The position numbers and the translations under genes were made by a program. DNA of 38,303 nt, from assembly GCA_031382725.1 (NCBI GenBank), contig JANMZB010000061.1:1-38303 (forward strand), in the 5' to 3' direction. Below, one piece after another: positions 8,457 to 18,223 of the stretch. Within the stretch, counting starts at the first letter, position 1. Every line of letters starts with the position of its first letter. The notes beneath the pieces were generated by a model that saw nothing but the letters and a program-made list of their open reading frames with translations, searched no databases and was not told the DNA's origin. This DNA comes from Sphingobacteriaceae bacterium (GTDB taxonomy: Bacteria > Bacteroidota > Bacteroidia > Sphingobacteriales > Sphingobacteriaceae).

Positions 8457-9272
8457 TCACGAAAGGAAATGTTTGTGCAGGAAGCTATTTATGGCAAGGT
8501 TGAATCCATCCGGCTTGTCGAGATTAGGCAGGTGACCGGAATCCGGAATAATGACAAGTTCAGATTCTGAAATGCCCTGGTGAAGGTGCATGGTTTGTTC
8601 CTCCGACATCAATTTATCAGACTCCCCTCTTATAATTAAAGCGGGGACGTTAATTTTCGCAAGCACGTGACTGGTATCGGTTCTTGATGCAAGTGCCAGT
8701 TGGGTAGCGCAGATGGTTTCATTTTGAGTTTTGAGAATTACAATCCGTAAAAACTCGACCGTATCCGTCGAATTGATTAATGTATTTTCCGGGAATAAAT
8801 TCGTTAAAAACCCTTCGGTAAATTCAGCTTTTTTACCTGCATGAATCAGCTCAATGGAATTGAAACGTTTTATTTTACTCTCATTGCTATCGGCGGCACA
8901 ATTGGTATCACTTAAAATAAGGCCTTTGAATGTTTCAGGCGATAATTCAAACGCTCTTAATGCGATGTAACCACCCATTGATATTCCACAAAGAATACAA
9001 TTACTCAGGTTTAGATCAGCAATTAATTGAATCAGGTCTTTAGCGAAAAGGTCGATGCTGAAAAAGAAGTGGTCTGATGAACTATCACCAAAGCCTCTGA
9101 TATCGTAAGCAATACCTTGTACGGTTTCAGGAAGTGCATCTAATTGCTTCAACCAAGTAGATTTATCAAAAGGGAAACCATGCAGAAACACCACCGTGAT
9201 TTGTGGATTGGCGGAAGGTTTAAGTAAATACGAAATTGAAATATTTCCCGATCTGGTGTTTAATGTTTCCAT
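8457..9272 (-). CDS. Alpha/beta hydrolase (enol-lactonase-like)
   Basis: LHGFP, DIRGFG, GISMGG nucleophile, GESD acid, SGHLP His. Start is probably the ATG at 9272. Confidence 0.9.
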   Translation of the reverse strand: METLNTRSGNISISYLLKPSANPQITVVFLHGFPFDKSTWLKQLDALPETVQGIAYDIRGFGDSSSDHFFFSIDLFAKDLIQLIADLNLSNCILCGISMGGYIALRAFELSPETFKGLILSDTNCAADSNESKIKRFNSIELIHAGKKAEFTEGFLTNLFPENTLINSTDTVEFLRIVILKTQNETICATQLALASRTDTSHVLAKINVPALIIRGESDKLMSEEQTMHLHQGISESELVIIPDSGHLPNLDKPDGFNLAINSFLHKHFLS

Positions 9273-9288
9273 AAACACTAAAGAAACT

Positions 9289-10392
9289 TTAAGCGATAAA
9301 GTTTACAAGGCTATAGCTTTTTCGGGTTTTAGACCGGATCATGAACGTTAAGAGAAGATTGAAGAAAACGCAAATCAGAAATAAAATTCCCATTAAGCTG
9401 AAGTTACCCATAAATCTTAAAGACAGTGCTACGTAGATCATCACAATTTGAAATCCCATTAAGATCAACGTTGATTGCAAATGAGAAAAACCCATGTGAA
9501 GCATGCGGTGATGTACGTGATTTCTATCGGCCACAAATGGCGATCCTGATTTAATGGTACGCAATGTGAATACTCTAATAGCATCGAATATTGGACCAAT
9601 TAATATTGCTACCGCAATTGAGGGGGCAGAACTAAAATGAACGAAATTTGATCCGCTCACCTTGTTAATCTCAATAAAATGGATTGATAGAACGATGGAG
9701 ATGAAGCCTAATAATAATGAGCCTGTATCACCCATAAAAATTTGAGCAGGTGTGATATTAAATCTTAAAAATCCAATACAAGCACCAGAAATTATAAATG
9801 CCAACGATGCAAATAACGTTTCGCCCATATGAGCAAACATAATACCTAGCGTTAGATTCACCACAAGCCCGGTAACCCCGGCCAGACCGTCTATACCATC
9901 AATTAAATTAAAGGCATTTATAACAAATATGATGAGTATGATTGAAAAAGCGACACTTATAGGATAGCTTAAATCATAAACATTAAGAATACCATACAAA
10001 CTGGTTAACCTTACATCTGCCAATAAAACCATTATAGAGGAAACAATTAATTGCATTCCAAATTTAGTACTTGGATTAACGCCCCATAAGTCGTCTTTTA
10101 ATCCTACAGCAAATAGTATTAAACAAGAAGCAAGTAGGAAATGAAATTGAGGGGAGTTGCCAGCATTCGGAATGAATAAACTAGCTATCATAAAACTACA
10201 AAAAATAGCTACGCCACCCAGTCTTGAAATACCAACTTTATGATCTTTTCTCTGTGTGTCGATATCATCAAATAAGGCTCTGTGATTTGCAACGTGAATG
10301 ATGGAAGGAATGGCAATTAGCACCAGAATTAGTGCGATTAATGAAACAACCAGATAAAATATAGGCTCGGGAAGATTAATCAATTTAAGCAT
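9289..10392 (-). CDS. MraY/WecA-like undecaprenyl-phosphate sugar-1-phosphate transferase (Glycos_transf_4)
   Basis: RLGGVAI, GLKDD, NAFNLIDGIDGL, IFMGDTGS, ADRNHVHH. Start is probably the ATG at 10392. Confidence 0.92.
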   Translation of the reverse strand: MLKLINLPEPIFYLVVSLIALILVLIAIPSIIHVANHRALFDDIDTQRKDHKVGISRLGGVAIFCSFMIASLFIPNAGNSPQFHFLLASCLILFAVGLKDDLWGVNPSTKFGMQLIVSSIMVLLADVRLTSLYGILNVYDLSYPISVAFSIILIIFVINAFNLIDGIDGLAGVTGLVVNLTLGIMFAHMGETLFASLAFIISGACIGFLRFNITPAQIFMGDTGSLLLGFISIVLSIHFIEINKVSGSNFVHFSSAPSIAVAILIGPIFDAIRVFTLRTIKSGSPFVADRNHVHHRMLHMGFSHLQSTLILMGFQIVMIYVALSLRFMGNFSLMGILFLICVFFNLLLTFMIRSKTRKSYSLVNFIA

Positions 10393-10535
10393 AGTATAAT
10401 AAGAGCAAACTTTAAGTATCCCAACTTTTAAAACACTGCTGTGTTCCATCAGTAAAGATCATTTTTGCTTTTATACTAGCTTTTTGAAATAAAGGTTGTA
10501 ATTTTTTAGAAAGAGAATGGTTGATTGAAGCAGAA

Positions 10536-11036
10536 TTAGTACGCTCTACTTAAGGGCATTAAATAAATCAGCTTAATAGAAGGGGTGTTTTTGCGAAATT
10601 TGCTTATCGGATTATACTCACCAAAATTATACCCGGCACTTAGTCCAACACGCTCTTTATAGGTATATATTATTCCTGCCCCGGTTTCTAACCGCATCGG
10701 CGATTTTAAAAGAGGGCCAATTTTACTTCTTATTCCATCAAAAATATCACATTGCAAATACATGCTCACACCTTGATAAATTTTAGCCTGTGAATATATT
10801 CTGGCACCCATAAAATTATGATTGTCAGAATTCAAGTTGTATCCTTTAAAAATAGGCCCTAACGAAAGCTGCTGCCCGTCATAGTTTTTAAATCCCGCCA
10901 GGAAAGCACCTTGAAAATTTTCGAAATGATAATCTGCTGTACCTGCTTGCGCAGATAAATGCCAATTTAATGCTTGCGAATAAGTATTTATTAGAGAAAA
11001 GGTCAAGATGGTTAGCAGGAGAAGCTTCTTTATCAT
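10536..11036 (-). CDS. Hypothetical exported protein, possible small outer-membrane beta-barrel
   Basis: MIKKLLLL signal peptide followed by alternating aromatic/Gly amphipathic strands. Confidence 0.6.
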   Translation of the reverse strand: MIKKLLLLTILTFSLINTYSQALNWHLSAQAGTADYHFENFQGAFLAGFKNYDGQQLSLGPIFKGYNLNSDNHNFMGARIYSQAKIYQGVSMYLQCDIFDGIRSKIGPLLKSPMRLETGAGIIYTYKERVGLSAGYNFGEYNPISKFRKNTPSIKLIYLMPLSRAY

Positions 11037-11258
11037 ATACAATAAAACTTTGCTCTTATTTCCAATCGTTTATGATAAATACTTTTTCAAAGATAAAAAA
11101 ATTACAGCATCATCTTAGGATTTTTGTTTGCGAACAAGCTTAAAATCAGTTAATAACATTTAAAAAACAAAACAAATACGATTTAAAATTTCTTAAACCG
11201 ACAAACCCATACAACAAAGCGGCAAGAAATATTGTTGTAGAATCATTTATGGCATAAG

Positions 11259-12476
11259 ATGAGAAAAAACAAATTCATGTTTGCGACAGGGATTGAGAAC
11301 AGTTATCCCATGATTACCCTTCCCGATGGCTCCAAAAAAAGAGTAGACGAGATGGAAAAATGCGGGCACTATATTCACTGGAAGCAAGATTTTGATTTGA
11401 CGAAAGAAATGGGGATCGAGTTTTTAAGATACGGCGCTCCACTTCATAAAACACACCTTGCGCCCGGCAAATACGACTGGTCTTTTGTAGATGAAACCTT
11501 TAACTACATGAAAGAAATAGGCATTACGCCTATAGTGGATTTATGCCATTTCGGAGTACCAGACTGGATAGGCGATTTTCAAAACCTGGACTTTCCAGAA
11601 CATTTTGCTGAATACGCAAGAGCTTTTGCAAAGCGATTTCCTTATATAGAGTTTTATACACCTGTAAATGAAATCTTTGTCGCAGCCATGTTTTCGGCGC
11701 AATACGGATGGTGGAATGAGTGTAAAACCGATGATAAATCATTTGTTAGGGCGCTTACAAATCTATGTAAGGCCAACGTACTTGCCATGAATGCCATCCT
11801 GGAAGTACAGCCAAATGCTACTTTTATTCAGAGCGAATCATCAGAATATTTCCATCCGGAAACACCTGATTGTGATGCACTCGCTGCATTCCTTAATCAG
11901 AAAAGGTTTTTATCTCTGGATCTGAGCTACGGCTATCCGATAAGTGTTGGCATGTACGAGTATCTCCGTGAAAACGGTATGAGCAGACAGGAGTACCATT
12001 GGTTTGAGAATAACATCATCAAAGGAAACTGTATAATGGGTAACGACTATTACATAACCAATGAACACATGGTTCATGAAAACGGAAGTACATCTGCTGC
12101 GGGTGAAATTTTTGGGTATTATGTAATTACTCATCAATATTATAGCCGATACAGATTACCCGTTATGCATACTGAAACCAATATTTCCGAGAACAATGCG
12201 TTGAGGTGGCTGCAAACCCAATGGGCTAACGTTCGTCGGTTAAAACGGGATGGTATTCCAATTCATGGTTTTACCTGGTACAGTTTAACCGACCAGGTGG
12301 ATTGGGATTCGGCATTACGAAATGATGCAGGAAATGTAAACTCGCTGGGATTGTATGATTTAGATCGGAAAATAAGACCTGTTGGGGAAGCTTATAAGCA
12401 TTTAATACACCAATGGAAGGATGCTTTAGAACATGAGAGCTATGTGCTGACTTTTAAATCTGGATATTATAAATAA
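11259..12476 (+). CDS. Glycoside hydrolase family 1-like protein (cytoplasmic)
   Basis: PIVDLCHFGVPDW, TPVNE (acid/base), HTETN (nucleophile), GFTWYSLTDQVDW. Confidence 0.88.
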   Translation: MRKNKFMFATGIENSYPMITLPDGSKKRVDEMEKCGHYIHWKQDFDLTKEMGIEFLRYGAPLHKTHLAPGKYDWSFVDETFNYMKEIGITPIVDLCHFGVPDWIGDFQNLDFPEHFAEYARAFAKRFPYIEFYTPVNEIFVAAMFSAQYGWWNECKTDDKSFVRALTNLCKANVLAMNAILEVQPNATFIQSESSEYFHPETPDCDALAAFLNQKRFLSLDLSYGYPISVGMYEYLRENGMSRQEYHWFENNIIKGNCIMGNDYYITNEHMVHENGSTSAAGEIFGYYVITHQYYSRYRLPVMHTETNISENNALRWLQTQWANVRRLKRDGIPIHGFTWYSLTDQVDWDSALRNDAGNVNSLGLYDLDRKIRPVGEAYKHLIHQWKDALEHESYVLTFKSGYYK

Positions 12477-12501
12477 TAAATAATCGAGGTTAATGGGTGA
12501 G

Positions 12502-13437
12502 TTATTTCTTACTCATTAACCTTTCATATAACCGCAGCGCATCCTGCTGCTTGAACAGCTGTGTACCGGCATTCATCGTAGCTGCCGAGCCACAAGCAAC
12601 ACCCATCCTCACCATTTCCTGATAAGAGCCGCCACGGGCCAAGACCGAAACCATCCCTGCTACCATACTATCTCCTGCTCCCACTGTGCTTAACTTTTTT
12701 ACTGTGGGTGCGGGTATGTGCTCGTTGATGTCTTTAGTGATTAGGTATGCGCCTTGCGGACCAAGAGAAACTATGATCACCTCTGTTTTCCCGGCTTCAA
12801 TAAGTTTGAGTGCGGCTTCATCTGCCTGTTCGATATCTAAAGTTCCCCAGCCAGATAAACGCTCCAGTTCGCCCAGATTCGGTTTTAATAAAAACACACC
12901 CTCGTCAATTGCATGTTTTAAAGCTTCTTCGGAAGTATCAACTATAACTTTTGCTCCCTGCTCTTTTCCTTTGGCAATAAGCCTTCGTAAAAACTCCGGC
13001 GGCATACCCGGAGGTAAGCTTCCGCTGATGACGATGATTTCGGGGAAGGGATTTAAGTTAGTGAAGACTTCAAAAAAATTATCTTGTTCGGAAACAGGAA
13101 TTTCCGAACCCGGCATCCCAAATCGATACTGCTGATTCGTTGAACTGGCAACAACAATGAAATTTTCTCGGGTTTCGGCCGATACCTCAACTGCTTGCTG
13201 AAGAATTCCTTCTTTGGCAAGTAAATCCTGTAATAAACTTCCCGTTCTTCCTCCGGAAGGAAATAACGCTGTAGATTCAATTCCTAACCGGGCCAATCCG
13301 CGAGACACATTGATCCCACCACCACCGGGCTCGAATTTTGGGAACTCGCATCTTAGCTTCTTTTCAGGAACAAGCTGATCGATTACGGTACTTTTATCAA
13401 CTGTGGGATTGAGTGTGATAGTAAGGATATTCTTCAT
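12502..13437 (-). CDS. pfkB: 1-phosphofructokinase-family hexose kinase (PfkB-like)
   Basis: TLNPTVD, PGGGGINVS, LLKPNLGEL, STVGAGDSMVAG. Confidence 0.9.
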   Translation of the reverse strand: MKNILTITLNPTVDKSTVIDQLVPEKKLRCEFPKFEPGGGGINVSRGLARLGIESTALFPSGGRTGSLLQDLLAKEGILQQAVEVSAETRENFIVVASSTNQQYRFGMPGSEIPVSEQDNFFEVFTNLNPFPEIIVISGSLPPGMPPEFLRRLIAKGKEQGAKVIVDTSEEALKHAIDEGVFLLKPNLGELERLSGWGTLDIEQADEAALKLIEAGKTEVIIVSLGPQGAYLITKDINEHIPAPTVKKLSTVGAGDSMVAGMVSVLARGGSYQEMVRMGVACGSAATMNAGTQLFKQQDALRLYERLMSKK

Positions 13438-13536
13438 TTGAAAAGATGTGAGATACCGTAAAGTTTCATATCGGCTTGTGATGCTTTAATCGTTTAGATT
13501 TGTAGCTGATAAAGCTAGTCTAAAAGAGTTTCTTTA

Positions 13537-13565
13537 GTGATCCGATGACTCGTTCATCGGATCAC
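13537..13565 (-). terminator. Hairpin immediately after the M16 operon
   Basis: GTGATCCGATGA / TCATCGGATCAC 12-bp perfect stem with a 5-nt loop; the U tract is weak. Confidence 0.55.
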
Positions 13566-13569
13566 CAAA

Positions 13570-14868
13570 CTATAACCCACTATTAAAAACAGAAGCAGCT
13601 TCGTCCGCTAATTTCTTATCACCCAAATAACTCCAGCGAATATTCTTTACGTGCTTTTTTAAAACCGAATTCATTTGAGCCAGAGTGACTTTCGTTATGC
13701 GCTCGGCGGTCTCATCGGCAATTTTCCAGTCACCCAAAACTTCTGCACTTCCTAAAGAGGCTGCAATTGCACCGGTACTCTCCTCTTTCATGTAATTATT
13801 GGTTATGAACCCGCTTTTACCTGAAGCTAATTCATCTTCAGTAAAACCGTTATCTCGCAGATCTTTAAGCTCATCCAACATCACCTGAGCGGCTTCTTTG
13901 GGACTGGTAGTACTTACATAAAGTATTGCATAAGGCATCAAACGATTAACGGTATGTGCGTAAGGAGCGTAAGATAAATTGCGCTTTGTCCTTATCTCTC
14001 TAAATAAACGGTTACTTAAGGCAGAAATCGCCAGGCGATAAGGCAAATAATCAGTACTTGATACCGAAGGTGCTTCGATACTTCCGGTGATATAATTTGT
14101 TGCCAATGCTCTGTCTTCAGTTAATAGTTTAATCGGGGCCTTAGGCATTGAATAAACTATTGGTACATATTTTCTAGCCGGTAAAGACGCAAAAGAGGCT
14201 GTAATTCTTTTAATCACCTCCGCCTTTGATATTTTTCCTACTACTACAATAAACATGCGATTTTTATTAAGCAACTGATTGAAGTAATAATCTTTGATGT
14301 CTTTAGAAGTAAGCTTCATGATAGTTGCCTCTTCCCCTTCCGGGTGTACAGCATACGGTGTTCCGCTAAAAGCATTTTGTATCGTCAACTGATCAATCCG
14401 GTCGTCGGGATCTGATTCTGATTGTTTAATTCCCGACACCAGTTTTTCCTTTAGCATTTCAACTTCCCTCGCCTCAAAAACAGGATTTACCACTGCTTCC
14501 GCAAATAAATCCCAGCCCTGATTAAAAAACCTGGATATGCAATTCATGCTAATGTTACCGCTATCAAATCCTGAAGAACCGGCGACCTCAACGCCATAAG
14601 CATCTTCACGATCCTTGAAAGCATCTTTCGTAAATTTCTTTGTTCCACATTCTGTAGCAGCTTCTAATGCCAGATTCTCTATTCCTGCTTTGCCAGCTGA
14701 ATAGTTCGCCACCCCGCCTTTGTAATACATACTCACGCTGATAATTTCTTTTTGGGTTGGCTTCATAATCACCTTAATGCCCGCTACTGTAAATGACGTG
14801 GCTTTGGATTGTGCCAAAGCACCAAGCGAAATGAATAGAAAAAATATATTAATCGTAATACGTTTCAT
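13570..14868 (-). CDS. M16 (pitrilysin) family non-catalytic subunit, exported
   Basis: Signal peptide; HXXEH replaced by NLALE; IRTKRNLSY substrate-binding R/Y motif. Confidence 0.85.
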   Translation of the reverse strand: MKRITINIFFLFISLGALAQSKATSFTVAGIKVIMKPTQKEIISVSMYYKGGVANYSAGKAGIENLALEAATECGTKKFTKDAFKDREDAYGVEVAGSSGFDSGNISMNCISRFFNQGWDLFAEAVVNPVFEAREVEMLKEKLVSGIKQSESDPDDRIDQLTIQNAFSGTPYAVHPEGEEATIMKLTSKDIKDYYFNQLLNKNRMFIVVVGKISKAEVIKRITASFASLPARKYVPIVYSMPKAPIKLLTEDRALATNYITGSIEAPSVSSTDYLPYRLAISALSNRLFREIRTKRNLSYAPYAHTVNRLMPYAILYVSTTSPKEAAQVMLDELKDLRDNGFTEDELASGKSGFITNNYMKEESTGAIAASLGSAEVLGDWKIADETAERITKVTLAQMNSVLKKHVKNIRWSYLGDKKLADEAASVFNSGL

Positions 14869-14881
14869 AGTTTACTGCTGA

Positions 14882-16258
14882 TTATTTAAAGAACTGTTCA
14901 GGCATTATTTGAGCTTTTTGCTCTGCGCTTATTAGCATACCTGCTGCATAAGGTTTGTTTTTGATATACTTTCTCACATACTGCTGCAAATCCGCACGGT
15001 TTACTTTTCTTAAATTTTCGATATATGTTGTGAGATAATCAATGGAAGCAGAAGCCCACCAAAAAGATATAGTATGGGTAAAATCCGACGTTATCTCCTC
15101 GCTTTTAACCTGAGTAATTTCTAACATGCGTTTTGCAGTTTCAATTTGTTCATCGGTAAGATAATTGTCCGTGTCCCACAATGCTACCTGGCGTTTTACT
15201 TCTGCCGCACATTCTTTAATCTTAGAAGGATTAGGAACTACAAAAACGCTGATAGGCCCGGTGTGTTTCTGAGTCAGATAACCAATATTAACCTGTAAGG
15301 CTAAACCGGCATCAATTAGTGCTTTACTAAATTTAGATGAATTTTGATTGATGATGAAAGAAAACACATCTGCCGCATAGGTTGCCGGAAGATCATTTCT
15401 GGTATCAGGCCCCTGCCAGTTCATCATGATAAATGGCACTTTCGATAAATCTGATTCAACAATAAAGTGTTCGGTTTTAGTAAGTGGCTTAAATTCGGGA
15501 ACAGGCCACCGTTTTGCCGGGTCAAATCCGGCCGGTTTCCAATCCTGAAAAATTGCTTCAGTTTGTTTAAATACGTCGTCGTGTTTTACATCACCAGCTA
15601 TAGTGAGCAAAGAATTGTCTGGCCAATAATATTTATTCTTGATGGTATCCATTTTAGCAGGAGTAGCTGAACGGATAATATCATGATCGCCAATAATATT
15701 TTTTCTGCTGTAAAGATCGCCCCAAAGCTTTCTATTCATCTCATCAAAAAGAGCAAAATATGGATTAGACTCATTTCGTTGAAATTCACCATCAACCACA
15801 ATATTCTCCTTTTGCATTTCCTCCTTATCAAATTTGGGATAGCGGATGGCAGAATTCATAAATTCCAGTCCGGATTGCAGATTGAATTTAGGAAGCGTGA
15901 AATAATAATTAACAAGCTCCTGAGATGTAGTGCCATTAAAGTTTATACCCAGTTCGCTTACGCGATTAAGAAAGTCTTCTTGTGTAGGATAGTCTTTATT
16001 AGCTTTAAAAAACATGTGCTCGTACAAATGGCTAAGCCCGTTATATTGAGGGGGCTCGGTATAAGAACCATTTTTGACAGCAATTTCAATTGTAGCCAAA
16101 GGCACACTATTATCTTCAAGCACCAAAACATCTAAGCCGTTAGACAACTTTTTGAAAAACATGTTAGGCGGAAGCTTGACTTTAGGCTCGGTTTGAGCCA
16201 GTGCAGTGTTTAGGATTATGAAGCTGTAAATAGCAACATATAAAAATTTCTTAATCAT
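14882..16258 (-). CDS. M16 family Zn peptidase catalytic subunit, exported
   Basis: GLSHLYEHMFF (HXXEH), NGTT, ENIVVDGE; signal peptide from the ATG at 16258. Confidence 0.9.
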   Translation of the reverse strand: MIKKFLYVAIYSFIILNTALAQTEPKVKLPPNMFFKKLSNGLDVLVLEDNSVPLATIEIAVKNGSYTEPPQYNGLSHLYEHMFFKANKDYPTQEDFLNRVSELGINFNGTTSQELVNYYFTLPKFNLQSGLEFMNSAIRYPKFDKEEMQKENIVVDGEFQRNESNPYFALFDEMNRKLWGDLYSRKNIIGDHDIIRSATPAKMDTIKNKYYWPDNSLLTIAGDVKHDDVFKQTEAIFQDWKPAGFDPAKRWPVPEFKPLTKTEHFIVESDLSKVPFIMMNWQGPDTRNDLPATYAADVFSFIINQNSSKFSKALIDAGLALQVNIGYLTQKHTGPISVFVVPNPSKIKECAAEVKRQVALWDTDNYLTDEQIETAKRMLEITQVKSEEITSDFTHTISFWWASASIDYLTTYIENLRKVNRADLQQYVRKYIKNKPYAAGMLISAEQKAQIMPEQFFK

Positions 16259-16426
16259 AGAGTGGTATTGAATAGAAGTAAATATATCAGAAAAATGAAA
16301 AACATCTTTCTCGTTTTTCATCTTAATACATTTTTTTTTTAATGGCTATGAAGCTATTATGAGCATATCGTCTTGGTTGTAAGCGGTATGCTCATAATGG
16401 TTGAATTTATAACAATAAAAGTACTT

Positions 16427-16678
16427 ATGAAGCTAAACGAAGATTTGTTAAAAATATTAAGCAAGGCTTATGAAAAGTCAACATTAATAAATACCGTTTA
16501 TAAAGGAAATGACATTTCGTTTAAAACGGATGGGGAAGGAAATCCGATATTATTGTTTTTTGGCAAAAGACAACCCGATGGAACGATTAAGGGAGAACGT
16601 TATGCAAGAACCCTAAAACGTGATCGGGAGGAAAACATCATAAAAGACCATTGGGAGCTGAAAGGAAAAGCTAGTTAA
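16427..16678 (+). CDS. Small hypothetical protein (83 aa)
   Basis: ATG at 16427 after an A-rich leader; globular-looking sequence ending KDHWELKGKAS; co-oriented with the CinA-domain gene. Confidence 0.7.
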   Translation: MKLNEDLLKILSKAYEKSTLINTVYKGNDISFKTDGEGNPILLFFGKRQPDGTIKGERYARTLKRDREENIIKDHWELKGKAS

Positions 16679-16723
16679 AGAAAACTAATAATACAACGTA
16701 CCTGTTAGCAATAAAAACTTATT

Positions 16724-17200
16724 ATGCCTGCGAAATCTGTTATTGCCTGTTGTCATACCATCTTATCAAAAGATCTGACCATCGCTTTCGTTGAGAGCGC
16801 CAGTACGGGAAGATTAATTTATGATTTTACTTCTGTACCCGATTGCGGGCAGATTGTGAAAGGAAGTATCGTATGCTATGATCGAAGCGTAAAAGAAAAT
16901 CTGTTGAAAGTACCTTCACAGATAATTGATAAATATTCGGCTGAATCACCTGAAGTAACTCAATTGTTAGCGGAGGGTTTGCTTGAGCTTATACCTGCCG
17001 ACATTATTGTTGCAGTCACGGGATTAGTCTCGCCTGGTGGAAGTGAAACTGAAGAAAAACCTGTCGGAACGATGTTTATTCACGGAATTATTCAGGGAAG
17101 GGCCTGGAAAAGTTCTTTGCTGTTTGAAGGAAGTCCGGATGAAATAATTGCTCAAACTATTGAAGCGATCGCTGCAATGTTATTGGATGAGATAACGTGA
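16724..17200 (+). CDS. CinA C-terminal domain protein (PncC-like NMN deamidase family)
   Basis: TIAFVESASTG, YDRSVKENLL, VAVTGLVSPGG...KPVGT. Confidence 0.85.
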   Translation: MPAKSVIACCHTILSKDLTIAFVESASTGRLIYDFTSVPDCGQIVKGSIVCYDRSVKENLLKVPSQIIDKYSAESPEVTQLLAEGLLELIPADIIVAVTGLVSPGGSETEEKPVGTMFIHGIIQGRAWKSSLLFEGSPDEIIAQTIEAIAAMLLDEIT

Positions 17201-17239
17201 AGGATTTGACGAATTATTAGAAAACTGATTACCTATAAA

Positions 17240-17282
17240 TCATAAGTCCTATAAGGTTTTATAAACCTTATAGGACTTATGA
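17240..17282. repeat. Perfect 20-bp inverted repeat (REP-like or bidirectional terminator)
   Basis: TCATAAGTCCTATAAGGTTT-TAT-AAACCTTATAGGACTTATGA between convergent ORFs. Confidence 0.85.
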
Positions 17283-17309
17283 AATAGTATTTTAAGAAAT
17301 TGGGAGCAA

Positions 17310-17477
17310 CTACGATTTAGCCCCCTTAGACTTGTTGGCGTTTTTAACGCCATTATCAACTTTATTCACTCCAAACCAACCGTTGTGCGCGATATAAGAC
17401 GACACGGGCGCAGTTCTGATAGAATCAGATGGTGTAAACTTCATTAAGTTTTCGAGGGCTGGATTGTAATTTCTCAT
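17310..17477 (-). CDS. Putative small protein, 55 aa
   Basis: MRNYNPALENLMKFTPSDSIRTAPVSSYIAHNGWFGVNKVDNGVKNANKSKGAKS*; A-rich leader AAAAATATAACGCC-ATG; ends just before the 17240 hairpin. Confidence 0.5.
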   Translation of the reverse strand: MRNYNPALENLMKFTPSDSIRTAPVSSYIAHNGWFGVNKVDNGVKNANKSKGAKS

Positions 17478-17764
17478 GGCGTTATATTTTTATGTCAGAT
17501 TACCGACCACAAACTGAGATCAAGAACCGTTCCGAATAAAGAATCGACAGCTATATTTTACCTATTAGTAGCACGAAATCTTAGTGATTATTTTTTAAAG
17601 ACAGAATATCCGCTTTAAAACTAAAAAATCAATTCTTTGAAATAGACAACTTGACTTTATAAATTTGAAATAACTCAGAAGAAACTAGACGTCAAGCTGT
17701 TAGATGTATTTGAAAATGGACAGAGAATCCAAAAAAACAGACAGCGTCTAAAATTTGCTTCAGA

Positions 17765-18223
17765 TCAGAAGTCAGACTTCTGTGTTTCCACTCCGAACTT
17801 ATTGAGAAAATCAATTCCTTCATCCGAAAGGTATCCCTTAAACTCAGCATAAGAATTTTGGTAAATTACTTTTGTTATACCCGAGGAAAAGATAATCCGG
17901 GCACAAGGCAAACATGGAGAAAGAGTCACATACAAAGTCGCTCCGGCTAGCCCGGAACCATTTTTAACTGCATAAAGAATCGCGTTCTCTTCTGCATGCA
18001 GCGCAAGCGAACAACCGCCTCTCGCGTCACGGGCGCAGCCAGTTTCGGGCCACTCTACGTCGCAGTTGTGAGTTCCGGCGGGTGGGCCATTGTATCCGAT
18101 GGAGATAATTCTGGTGTCTTTGGTAAGTACCGCTCCTACCTGTGCCTTTACGCAGTGAGAGCGTTTAGCCAAATCGGAAGCGAGGTTCATGAAGATACTG
18201 TCGAAGCTGGGTTTGTCGATCAT
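17765..18223 (-). CDS. dCMP deaminase (ComEB-like)
   Basis: GYNG, LHAEENA, SPCLPC Zn motifs. Confidence 0.92.
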   Translation of the reverse strand: MIDKPSFDSIFMNLASDLAKRSHCVKAQVGAVLTKDTRIISIGYNGPPAGTHNCDVEWPETGCARDARGGCSLALHAEENAILYAVKNGSGLAGATLYVTLSPCLPCARIIFSSGITKVIYQNSYAEFKGYLSDEGIDFLNKFGVETQKSDF

